A stretch of 64,000 bases of DNA from Selaginella moellendorffii (lineage: Eukaryota > Plantae > Lycopodiophyta). Below are positions 1 through 10,811 of this stretch, one piece after another (within the stretch, counting starts at the first letter, position 1; every line of letters begins with the position of its first letter). Made by a program: the position numbers and the translations under genes. A model generated the notes under the pieces. It saw nothing but the letters and a program-made list of their open reading frames with translations. It ran no database searches and was not told where the DNA came from. The stretch is from assembly GCF_000143415.4 (NCBI RefSeq), contig NW_003314275.1, forward strand, positions 2,213,419 through 2,277,418. The letters are read 5' to 3'.

Positions 1-271
1 ATGGCACAGCTCCAAACACGGACTTCTTCTCCGACTCATTCTCTGCCTGGTTCTTGAGCACACCCTCGCGGCTAATATTCTTCTTGGTCTGGTCCAGAAC
101 GCTGCTGATGCCATCGCCTCCTGCAGGACCTTTGTCCGAGGAAGCTCTCACTGGCAGCAAGAATCCCAAGGAGCGAGTAGATCGGGACTTGTGAGCGGAG
201 GCTCCTCCCAGAGGAGTTTTAGAGAGGGAGGAAGGGAGTGCCGCAAGGCTGCTGCTTGTGGCTAGGGCCAT
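1..271 (-). CDS. ELIP: Early light-induced protein (ELIP), 5' part of exon 1; gene runs off the window start
   Basis: Near-identical to exon 1 of the copies at 1810-2184 and 3767-4150. ATG at 271, with the same upstream TATA and G-box block. Confidence 0.88.
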   Translation of the reverse strand, partial: MALATSSSLAALPSSLSKTPLGGASAHKSRSTRSLGFLLPVRASSDKGPAGGDGISSVLDQTKKNISREGVLKNQAENESEKKSVFGAVP

Positions 272-385
272 GTTGCTCAGGACTAAAAGCTACAAATATT
301 TGGACCTGCAAAACACTTCAAATGAATTGGATCACTCAAATCGAATGTGAATCGCAGGATGGCTATACTGTTCTCGGTGCTGGAA

Positions 386-413
386 TTTATAAGAATCGGG
401 GACCACACGTGGC
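386..413 (-). promoter_or_regulatory. ELIP copy 1 core promoter: TATA-like element plus G-box/ABRE (CACGTGGC at 406-413)
   Basis: TTTATAAG followed by GACCACACGTGGCA. The same arrangement lies upstream of all three ELIP ATGs. Confidence 0.65.
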
Positions 414-1449
414 AAGATCCCTGCCATTGTAGTGTCACCAAAGCATCTCTTATGTGTCGTAAGGTGGCGCGCCTTTACCGTGAACACTATTAAGGACGAT
501 GTTACTAGGTAATCTTTCAGCCGCAAGTCAAATGGGGCTTGCCACTTTGGCATCTCCTTATCAGTACGCGTACTCACCACATCAACTGAAGACCCTAAGT
601 TTCCATTCTTGTGTTCAAGACCACATAAAGTTTGATAGCATTTTTGGCAAATCGAATCCCGGCGCCTCTTGCCCAAAACTTTGCGAGAGCACACATGCTG
701 CATGGCACGTTTCTCCTTCTGGTACTGTAAGCGTGGCATGTTCCAGTCCATTCATTTTCTGATCCGTTGATAATGTGCGGCCACGGAGGAGAGACAGAGA
801 GAGGATCCAGATTTCTGGGTACGGGAGAATTCTTAATTTGCAAAGCTTGGTTAAATTGGATGATTGATGCGAACTTGGTTGGAAATCTTCATACCTTGTG
901 AACCAAGCAGTTAAAGTTTATAATAATATGGCTTTTTTGGGATATTAGAATCAAACTAAGAAGTGTAACGACAATTTCAAACCTGGTACAGCAAGAACAA
1001 GCATTTCGAATTGTTCCACTTACTCTTCAGGGAGCAAATTGAACATGAAAAAGATCAAACTCAAGCATATGCAGCAGTTCCGTTTATGACTCTTATGGAC
1101 AGCTGTTTAAAATCTAGTTCAGTGTTTGCTCAAGAATTAAGAGTTACTTGGATTTCTATGTTTCCAATAATAAAGATTGGAGGCGGCTCCAAGTTTGTGA
1201 AGCTGGCACGGATTAACTTGACGAGGTGGTCTGCTAGATCGTGAAAAGCAGATTAAAAAAATGTAATCATATAGATAATATTTACATCATGTTAAAAACT
1301 GAGTGAAATTCGGCCAGCTCTCGAATGCAATCACGTTCCATTTGGAGACCCGTTTTAAGCTCATGTTTGCAAGGTAGACGCAATAAAATTAAAACTGTGT
1401 TATAACATAAATTTAATGAGCAAAAATTTACAGACTCTGAGGCTGACAC

Positions 1450-2184
1450 TTACATCATGTTAAAAACTGGGGTCTTGGTGAAGAATTCCGTGATCACCAA
1501 AGCCAAGAAGCCAAGCATGGCAGTCCGCCCATTCCAGCGCTCCGCCATGGCTCTAAACGGGCCCAATGATCGGCTATCGGGGCTCTCTCCCTTAAACATG
1601 GGAACCAGCGACGCGTAAGCAAAGAGCTGTGCGACCGCCAAGAAGTTAAACAAGCCAAAGTTGCCTGGCGTGTAGAGCTGCTCGGCCACCGTTTGTCCCG
1701 TCATTCGCTCCACCGCAAATGCCCATAAGATTCCAACCATAGCCTGTGACGATAACATCAACGGAAAGAACAAGGAACTCCAGGAACTTTGGAGAAGGGA
1801 TGAACTTACCAGTCTGCCATTGATTGTCTCGGGACCAGCGCCATCGAATGCCATCAAGCTCGCGAACGACCGATCACCCGTCTCTGGCCGCCTCTCAATC
1901 TCAGGCCTCGGCCATAATGCTCCGGACGATGGCACCGCTCCAAACACGGACCTCTTCTCCGACTCGTTCTCTGCCTGGTTCTTAAGCACATCCTCGCGGG
2001 TGATATTCTTCTTGGTTTCGTCCAGAACGCTGCTGATCCCATCGCCTCGCCCATTTTCCGAGGAAGCTCTCACTGGCAGCAAGAATCCCAAGGAGCGATT
2101 TGATCGAGACTTGGCTCCTCCGAGAGGAGTTTTAGAGAGCGAGGAAGGGATTGCCGCAATGCTGCTGCTTGTGGCGACGGCCAT
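1450..2184 (-). CDS. ELIP: ELIP (LHC-like, three-helix), copy 2; exons 2184-1810 and 1743-1450
   Basis: LHC motifs ETINGRL|AM and AERWNGRTAMLGF, with a transit-peptide-like N-terminus. GT..AG intron 1809-1744 (66 nt). Confidence 0.93.
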   Translation of the reverse strand: MAVATSSSIAAIPSSLSKTPLGGAKSRSNRSLGFLLPVRASSENGRGDGISSVLDETKKNITREDVLKNQAENESEKRSVFGAVPSSGALWPRPEIERRPETGDRSFASLMAFDGAGPETINGRLVSSSLLQSSWSSLFFPLMLSSQAMVGILWAFAVERMTGQTVAEQLYTPGNFGLFNFLAVAQLFAYASLVPMFKGESPDSRSLGPFRAMAERWNGRTAMLGFLALVITEFFTKTPVFNMM

Positions 2185-2287
2185 TGCTCAAAACTGAAAG
2201 CTACAAAATTCGGAGGGAAATACAAACGCTTAAAGAATTGGATCGAATGTGAATCGCAAGATGGTTAGACTGTTCTTGCTGCTCAAA

Positions 2288-2315
2288 TTTATATGAAACG
2301 GGGACCACACGTGGC
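2288..2315 (-). promoter_or_regulatory. ELIP copy 2 core promoter: TATA plus G-box (CACGTG 2308-2313)
   Basis: Positionally conserved with copies 1 and 3. Confidence 0.65.
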
Positions 2316-3398
2316 AAAAACCCTGCCATTCGAGTGTCACGGAAAGAATCTCGTATGTGTCGTAAGGGCGAGATATTTACCTTTATTATGAACACTATTA
2401 AAGAGTGAATCTTATGTTTCGAGCATCTCCATTTTTTGCTAGCAACCCAAATCAAGTATCCCAAAGAGAACGTGATGGTGGCGGAGGGGCTAAGGCGCAA
2501 AATGGGGTAGTATCTGTGATCTCGACTCGGATACCTGGCATTAGCTCCAGCTTCTCGCGCAAAAGACTTACAAGAATGAAGAAACTCCGATAAATTAGAT
2601 AGATAGATGTTTTTTCAAGTCACCGCAGTGCTAAAGAGAACAATAAAGAAGCGATTGGCCCTATTGCGCACTGGTGTCTTGAGACTCACTGCTCATAATA
2701 GTGTATGCCTGTGTTATTTTATCAACTCCAGTGAACTGGCTAGCTCGTCAAACAAAACACACTAGACGGGATCGAAAGGATTATGCGAATGGGAGCATCT
2801 TCTCGGCGGCACAAGCCGGAGTAGAATCAAATTCTGGAGAGGAATCGATGTTGCAATTTGCTACTCCGCCACCAATGCGCCAAGTACTTGATGATGGGTC
2901 AAATCAATCGAGAGCTCTGCCGAGTGAAAACGTTATTCAGCCTTGCAGCGGCTGTTGTGTACTAGCCCGCCAAGGAGATTCCAGCACGAGCACTACGAAA
3001 ATACAAAAGCGGAACATCCGCGACCCAGTGCTCGTGTGAGCCGCCGCAGCAGCAGCAGCAATCTAAAGCTCCACTCCTGCCATACCTCAAGTCCATTGTT
3101 CGGCATCCATGCTCTTGCTCGCCTCCATCTTATAGGTATAAGCACAGCATGCTGTGTGGATTGGAGCCAAACGTTTTGGACTTAGCATGGGTCTAGCAGG
3201 AGATATTGTGCTGTGAGTTGCACAGCGGTATATGGGAAACTGGAATGGCTCTTGGCAAGACACAACGGGCTTATTCGAATGCAATCACGTTCCATATGGA
3301 GACCCGTTTTAAGCTCATGTTTACAAGATAAACAATAAAATTAAAACTATGTTATAACATAAATTTAATGAACAAAAATTTGACTCTCAGGTTGACAC

Positions 3399-4150
3399 TT
3401 ACATCATGTTAAAAACTGGGGTCTTGGTGAAGAATTCTGTGAGCACCAAAGCGAGGAAGCCAAGCATGGCAGTCCGCCCATTCCAGCGCTCTGCCATGGC
3501 TCTAAACGGGCCCAAGGATCGGCTATCGGGGCTCTCTCCCTTAAACATGGGAACCAGCGATGCGTAAGCAAAGAGCTGTGCGACCGCCAAGAAGTTAAAC
3601 AAGCCGAAGTTGCCTGGCGTGTAGAGCTGCTCGGCCACCGTTTGTCCCGTCATTCTCTCCACTGCAAAGGCCCACAAGATTCCAACCATTGCCTGTATCA
3701 ATGGAAAAATAAACTTAGAACAACGGACTCCACGGATCCTGAACTTTGGAGAAGGGAGGGACTTACCAGTCTGCCGTTGATCGTCTCTGGGCCAGCGCCA
3801 TCGAATGCCATCAAGCTCGCGAACGACCGATCGCCCGTCTCTGGCCGCCTCTCAATCTCAGGCCTAGGCCACAATGCTCCGGACGATGGCACCGCTCCAA
3901 ACACGGACCTCTTCTCCGACTCATTCTCTGCCTGGTTCTTGAGCACATCCTCGCGGGTGATCTCCTTCTTGGTCTGGTCCAGAACGCTGCTGATCCCATC
4001 GCCTCGCCCATTGTCCGAGGAAGCTCTCACCGGCGGCAAGAATCCCAAGGAGCGACCGGATCGAGACTTGTAGGCGGAGGCTCCTCCGAGAGGAGTTTTA
4101 GAGAGCGAGGAAGGAATTACCGCAATGCTGCTGCTTGTGGCGAGGGCCAT
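3399..4150 (-). CDS. ELIP: ELIP copy 3; exons 4150-3767 and 3692-3399
   Basis: Same motifs as copy 2. Exon 2 has the same length (294 nt); GT..AG intron 3766-3693 (74 nt). Confidence 0.93.
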
Positions 4151-4256
4151 TGCTGAGGACTAGAAGCTACAAAAATTCGGTAGAAACGCTTTGAATTGGA
4201 TCGCTGAAAGAGAATATGTGAATCGCAGGATGGCTAGACTGTTCCCGACCCTCGAA

Positions 4257-4284
4257 TTTATACGAGGCGGGGACCACGCGTGGC
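4257..4284 (-). promoter_or_regulatory. ELIP copy 3 core promoter: TATA plus variant CACGCGTGGC (CE3/CGCG-box-like) in place of the G-box
   Basis: GGACCACGCGTGGCA here versus GGACCACACGTGGCA in the other two copies. Confidence 0.55.
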
Positions 4285-4891
4285 AAAATCCCTGCCATTC
4301 CAGTGTCACCGAAAGAATCTCTTATGTGTCGTAAGGTGGCGCGAAATACTTACCTTTACCATGAACACTGTTAAGACGTTTGAATCGATCTTTGAGCTCA
4401 AAACCAATTGGGGCTTGCCACTTCGGCAGGCGGCGGTAAATCCATCGAATGTAGAACTAGTACCTGGATCAAGGTTGATCTCGGTTGATCGCAGGGGCCG
4501 CAAAAACCAGAAACTTCGATGAGCTTGAGAGAACAAAACAATCTTCTCTATTTGCGGTCACGCAGATTAAGAGTGTCGCTAAAGCATAGATTGAAAAGGA
4601 ACCTGGCAGCCAGCAAATGCTGGAAGAAAAGTAGTAAAATGGAAAGAGGGCGATGAACAAGAGAAAAATAGAGAGCTTAAATTCCATGGAATGCCGATTT
4701 CAGGGCTTGCTCGATGGATGCGTGTGGCTTTGATTCAGCTGGCTTGTAACGGGCCCTTGATCCTCTGGAACCACGATCTCTTCAGCGATTCCTCCCGAAT
4801 TCCATACCTCTGGCGATGACGGCCCCGGTGGCATTGCATGACAAAGAGGAGCTAAAAAACCCTGGGGTTTAGGGTTCTTGGGGAGAGAGCT

Positions 4892-6471
4892 ATGGTGGTG
4901 TTGGATTCCCCGCTGCGATGGCTCACGGAGGCAGTGAAGCGGCGATCGCTGCAGCTGGCCACTGGATATTTCCATCCCGACGAGCGCCGATGGATCGACC
5001 AGGCGCCGAAGCCGAAGCAGTCGAAATCCGGGCGATCTTTGTGGAAATGGATGCGGCTTCGCGAGATTCAGGTAGGATTTCACCTCTCCTTGCCTCCATT
5101 CTCGTCTCGGTAGAAATATCGAGATTTTCGCATTCCTCGCTGGAATCCTTCCATCTTTGCGATTTTTATCTCCTTGGTTGCATTCTCCCGTCTTGGAACC
5201 TTTCTGGTTGTTTTTCTCTCTTGTGGCGAAGTTTTTCTCTCGCATTCTTGGCTCTCGTCCATCTTTGCGATTTGTTTCTAAAACTTTCCTTCTTCTTTTG
5301 TTGGCAAGGGATACAGGTGTGGATGAGAGACGGCGATCTGGAGAGCATTCGACGCAACGATCGAAGGATCGCATACATTAAGCGAGTGATGGAGTATCTG
5401 GTCAGTCACGAGAAGCAAGGAAGCGTTAACCTCCGAAAACTCCATGCAGTTGAAGGGCTGGACGACAATACCAAGCACGGGTTAAGAAGAAACGCGTGGA
5501 ACTATCCGGGCTTCTTCACAGTCACGGTAAACAACAGGCAAAAGGAAGACTTGGTAGCTCTCACCGACGAGGCCAAGCAGCTCATGGAGGACGAGAGAAG
5601 AGCTCGATGGGATCGCGACGAGAGCTCTTGCGTCCAGATCCTCAAGAAGATACTGATGATGAGCCGGGACAGGAGGATCCGGCGATCGAAGCTCCACTGC
5701 CTACAAGAGTACTACGCGTTTCCATACGACTACAACACTGGTTTTCTCGAGAGGCACCCGGACCACATCCGTCTCGTGGAAACTCCCAAGGATTCCTACG
5801 TCGAGCTGGTTTCGTGGGACGAAGAACTGGCCGTGACGGAACGAGAGAAAGCTGTGGCTCAGGGAAGGACTCCCAAAGAGCTTGGACAATGGGCCTTCGT
5901 CATCTCATATCCGGAAGGCTACACTCCAAACAGGGTCCGGCTCGAGCAGCTCGACAATTTCCAGAGGTTGCCATTTCCATCGCCTTATGAGTTCTCCCAG
6001 CGGGCTTTCGACACTCCAGCGGGGCAGAAGGAGGCCCTCGGGATCTTCCACGAGCTCCTGAGCTTTACCGTGGAGAAGAGAGCGCTCGTCTCGGATTTCA
6101 CCACCTTGGCTGGCAGTCTCAACATACCACGCTACTTCTCCGACTCGCTCCTGAGCTGCCACCCGGGGATCTTCTACGTGAGTAAGTGGAAGAACCAGCA
6201 CTACGTTTTCCTGCGAGAGGCATACCGAGGAAAGAATCTGGTGGCCGAAGAAGTCGATCCCTTGGTAACCATCAGATGGCGCTACTTGGAGCTGATGAAG
6301 CCCAAGCCAGAGAAGCTACACTTGAGCTCTAGAGACGAGGACTACCTTTACGTACCAATCTCGAAGCGTGGGATCACGTCCAACCAAGGTAAGCTGTTTA
6401 TCATAGTCGCAAAGGGAAGTAACGCATCGCCTCCTCTGACAGAATCCATGGGTTTAATCAGGAGCTTGTAA
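4892..6471 (+). CDS. PORR (plant organelle RNA recognition) domain protein, WTF1/RPD1-like; probable exons 4892-5071 and 5317 onward; 3' end uncertain (possible donor near 6389)
   Basis: Motifs KILMMS, ELVSWDEELAV, FQRLPFPSPY, HELLSFTVEKR and HPGIFYVS...VFLREAY. A phase-0 splice CAG|GTAGG...CAG|GTG joins the 4892 ORF to the long ORF. Confidence 0.85.
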
Positions 6472-8056
6472 CAAGTGCTGCGATCAAACAGGTTGACGAG
6501 ACAAATCAGGTACTCTTAAGATCAAACGCGGTCCCAAGATGAAGCCGCGAGCGCAAACAAAATGACAAGACAACTCAGGTACTCTTTTTGTTCCAAGATA
6601 AAGCGAATGCCATGGCTTCTTCAGCTCCAAACAGACTTCCAAAGTCGTCCGGTAGATCATTGAGTTCTAGGAGGACAAAGGAAATCGAGCCAACCGGCAA
6701 GCCTACCATATACTCGTTCAAACATGGGAAGTATGTGTGCGTTTATTATTTTATCACCACCCGGATAACCGATGAACTGGCTATCACGCAAGGGCTTTGG
6801 GCAAGAGGTGCCGGGGTCGATTAGCCAGACGCCCAAACAAAACACGTGGCTCTAGTCTTTTTGCTAAATTATATTACTGTAAACGTGGTATTTTCTCAGT
6901 CCCGTAAAAGTAAAAAAAGATCTTAGCGTCTCTTTCCGCACCGATGATACACTCGCGGAGATACCCTTTTGATCTTTTTGATATGAGACGGTGTGGATTG
7001 ATGCGAAGACGTTTTGGACTTGGCAGACATGGATGCGATCGAGGAGGGGAATGCCAGTTGCTGGATGTCTTGTGCTGTGAGTTGCATGGAGGTACATCGG
7101 AAGCTGGAATGCCCTCTTGATCTCCATGGCAAGACAAAACAGGCTACGGGGCAAGCTTAAGACATTGGAACTTAGGGCGCCTTGTTAGAACAGCACAAGT
7201 TAATTAGATGCATACTTTCGCCATCTCTCGTGTGCATGGAGATTCCGAGTGACGAGGTAATGAAGAAGAACGGTATGCACGTTTCCAGTCATCACAGCGG
7301 TCACATGTGACGTGGGTGATCTCGGTGACAAGAGTTGCTTTGATCCTCAGGGAGTTTTCAGTGGGCAGGAGTTAAGTCGATGTGTTGCAAAAAACGCTCT
7401 ACGACTTGCCTTAACGAAGAAACTCTGAGAAAAAACAGGACCTATGATCCAAATCCTTGGACACATAAAAAGCGTATACATGTATTATCATCGCTGAGGT
7501 GCAGGGTCGAACACGAGGTTCTGTTTTCTACCATATAAAACGTGGCACCCTTCGATCCGCCAAAAGAAAAAGACAAAATTTTCTTGACAAAGACGATCCA
7601 CGATGACTGAGGGCTTTTCATCTTGAAGCACGATGCATCGGTCCAATCTACTTTGCCACTGCTTTACTTAATAATTTGGCAAAGCTCTAACTGATCCATT
7701 GAGCCGTCGAAGCAGTAAGTTAGAGCGCTGGATCATCTGGGCGCGCGATCTCTGGCAGTAGCCAATTGCACATTTTCTATTTCATGGTGGGATTTCATCT
7801 TAAATGGTGGTTGGCGGCCATCCAACGGCCAGGGAGACGTTCTCCAGAGTTAGTAGAAAGGCGCGGTGGATGCGCATGAGCCTCTTGTTTTAGTCTCAGC
7901 GAAGCGTGTGGTTTTGGTGCAAAGCAACGCAGATATTTGCCCTGCGCTTCAAGGGTTTGAGCGAGGAAAGAAGGCGAGGCCGCGCAGCGCCTACATTCTT
8001 TTCTCTCGATCGCGATCGATCTTGTCCAGGTTCGAAATTTTGCGGTGATTGGCGGA

Positions 8057-9675
8057 ATGATCTTCTGGAGGAAATGGAGGCGGCGCTGGAATTCCTGCTC
8101 GGTTGAGGTGCGTTGCCATTTGAAAATTTCTTTCGCTGCCGGATTTCTGGACTGAACTGGAAACAATAGTAGCGGTATGAGTTTCGTGAGAGGAGAGGAG
8201 AGGAGAGGCTCTCATTTGGTTTATGGAGGTACTGTGAAAGATATCTTTGCGCGATCAGAGCCTTTTTCTCGCGGCAGGTGTCCAATGGAGCAATCGGGCA
8301 GAGAGGAGGCGGTGGAGGAACGCTGCTTTGCATTCCCAGCGACACGCTCGCAGATGATAAACGGCTGAAGAAACGTTCGCGCAGGCTGCTCGTCTCGGAT
8401 AGCACTGGTGAGTCCCACAACAATGCGAAGCGATCGGCAGCAATGTACTCCACAGCTTTCAACTTCAAGCTCCCGGGGACCACGAAAACTTATCCTGGGA
8501 CCAGCACTACCAACAGCTCTTTGGACCCGCCAGTGGATTCATCGCGAATGCCGGAGCCGGAGTCGTGTGATCAGTCCAGGCACGAAACATGGGAGTTTGA
8601 GACGCTGGTCCCGTTTAGCTGCGAAACGCCATCGCTGCTGTCGTCGGACGTGATCTCCACGATCGACTACGATGAAACCGGACAGCTGATAGCTACTGGT
8701 GGGCTGGCGAGGAAGATCAGGATTTGCTCGTACCAGGAGCTAGTGAACGGGATGGGAAGGGAGTGTTTCCAGGGGCGCAACGTGAAAAACCTCTTCACCA
8801 CCATTTGCATGCCGGCAAAGCTCAGCAGCCTCAAGTGGAGGCCGGGGGGCTCCGAGGTGATCGCTTGCGGTGACTACGATGGCTCGGTCACGGAGTGGGA
8901 CGTAGAGCACGGGGTCACTGTGAGTGAAAGATACGAGCACACGGGACGAACAGTGTGGAGCATCGACTACAGCAGGGACTTCCGGGGCCTGCTAGCGTCG
9001 GCGTCGAGCGACAGCACCGTGAGGTTTTGGAGCAGGAATGTGGAGCGGAGCGTTGGGATCATCAAGTCCCTTAAGCGGAACTCGATGTGCTGCGTGGAGT
9101 TCGGCCGCTCCTCCGGTCCCTGCTGCTACGTTGCCGTGGCCTGCGCCGACGCGAGTGTGTATCTGTATGATATGCGGAGCCTGGGGAGCCCAGTCGCGAC
9201 CCTGCGAGGCCACGAGAGGTCCGTGAGCTACGTGAGATGGCTGGGCGAGAACAGCTTGGTGTCCTCGTCTCCAGACGGCACGATTCGACTGTGGGATATC
9301 GCCTCGACAGTAACTGGTACCGGCGAGAGTTGGCACGCTCGGAACGACGAGCTGCCGATCGCGAGAACTTTTGGCTGTCACTCCAACACCAGGAACTTTG
9401 TTGGACTGTCCGTTGCGAGCTCCGGCGGCGGCTCCGGCGGGCTCATCGCGTCCGGGTCCGAGAACAACGAAGTTTTTGTGTACAGCTCTTCCGTCTCGGA
9501 GAGACCCGTCTTCCGGCACAAGTTCAACGATGCGGTCGTGCTGGATGATAAGGCCTTCGTGGGGTCGGTTTGCTGGACCAAGCAACAAGATCACTTGTCC
9601 TTGATCTCGGCAAACTCCGAAGGCATTGTGCAGGTTATACGGGCCACAACAACAGCAACAGCGCGACATACATGA
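8057..9675 (+). CDS. RUP: WD40 protein, RUP1/RUP2-like (repressor of UV-B photomorphogenesis; COP1/SPA-type WD40). Possible exon 1 at 8057-8107, main exon 8278-9675; alternative start ATG at 8443
   Basis: ATGGLARKIR, PAKLSSLKWRPG, GDYDGSV.EWD, ERYEH.GR.VWS.DY, HSNTRNFVGLSV and GSENNEVFVY. No RING or coiled-coil, so RUP rather than COP1/SPA. Confidence 0.85.
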
Positions 9676-9842
9676 CACACTGCCGCTGCTGAGGTTGGGC
9701 TTTTCTTTTCACATTTTCTTACACTGAATAACGGGACGAGAGATTTTGCTTTTCCCCATTGGAAGAAAGATGGTGGACACAACTCGACACACAGGTATCA
9801 CGTTTTACACACGGAATAACAGGAGTGGCTGTTTCATACGTA

Positions 9843-9845
<3 letters not shown>

Positions 9846-9883
<38 letters not shown>
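9846..9883. repeat. (CA)19 microsatellite
   Basis: Read directly; lies between the convergent RUP and AT-hook genes. Confidence 0.97.
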
Positions 9884-9886
<3 letters not shown>

Positions 9887-9989
9887 GCTTTAAGAGAGAA
9901 GAAAAATCGACTTGGAACCGAAACTCGCGAGTTAAATAAGTAAAAGAGCACAGCACTCAAAACAAAGACTGTTCTTGGTCAGTTGCCAC

Positions 9990-10811
9990 TCAGGCCCGAT
10001 CCATGTCTTCGATCGAAGCCTCCGCTAGAGTCCGCTGCTGCTGCTCCCGCTGGGGAGACGATCCGTTCGCAAGCTGAAGGGAGCATCCGAGCTCAACAGG
10101 AAGGGGCTGCTGCTGCTGCTGCTGCTGCTCTACCAAACAACTCTTTCCGGCCTCGATGAATCCAGCAGTGGGAGTTTGGACACCAAACAAGGGAGGCACC
10201 ACAGGAGCAAATCCGAGCTGCTGCCCGTGATCTCTGACTGGAGTGTGGTGCCTGGAGCTGGAGACGTCGAGCGGATTCTCGGCCAGTGCCGGTGGCATTA
10301 CCACCGCTTGCGAAGAACTCGGAGTGGTCGAGGAGGCCGGGACTGGGCTGGAAAGCCGAGCAGTGGCGGCAGCACCTCCGCGGCTTCCACCGGCAAATCT
10401 CACATTTGGAGCGATGTCGTTGGCGGTGGTGATCGGAACGCAAAGTCCCGGCCCAAACACGACGCCGCGGAGGATGGTGTCCGTCTCGCCCACCCGGACG
10501 GTGAGAATGTAGCCGGCGTCGAAGGAGCCGTCGAGCACGCCATGGACCGACTGGCCGACGAGCGACGCGTCCACTTGTGGGGGGCTCAGTGGGTCGATCT
10601 TCCTCTTCCGGACCTTCCTGGCGGGGGTTGGACCAACGCCACCATTGGTGCCCAGCTGCGGGCTGGCGGCGGCGGCGGCGGCGGCGGCGGCGATGGTGTC
10701 GCACTTCCGAGGCCGGCCTCTTCGTTTCTTCACTGGGGAGGCGGCGCCGCCCTCTTCCGGCGGCCGGGGGGTGCCGGTCTTGGGCGGATCAACGCCGGGA
10801 GCATCCACCAT
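9990..10811 (-). CDS. AT-hook protein, METABOLIC NETWORK MODULATOR 1-like
   Basis: KKRRGRPRK AT-hook plus the conserved block LVGQ.VHGVLDGSFDAGYILTVRVG.TDT.LRGVVF.PG..VP.T..ND.AP. ATG at 10811. Confidence 0.8.
   Translation of the reverse strand: MVDAPGVDPPKTGTPRPPEEGGAASPVKKRRGRPRKCDTIAAAAAAAAASPQLGTNGGVGPTPARKVRKRKIDPLSPPQVDASLVGQSVHGVLDGSFDAGYILTVRVGETDTILRGVVFGPGLCVPITTANDIAPNVRFAGGSRGGAAATARLSSPVPASSTTPSSSQAVVMPPALAENPLDVSSSRHHTPVRDHGQQLGFAPVVPPLFGVQTPTAGFIEAGKSCLVEQQQQQQQPLPVELGCSLQLANGSSPQREQQQRTLAEASIEDMDRA

Noticed and set aside
4918-5316. N-terminal 133 aa of the 517-aa ORF
   Set aside because: It is mostly a pyrimidine-rich intron (5072-5316). The likely first exon is the 4892 frame.
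8278-9675. COP1 or SPA
   Set aside because: No RING, kinase-like or coiled-coil region; the WD40 motifs fit RUP.
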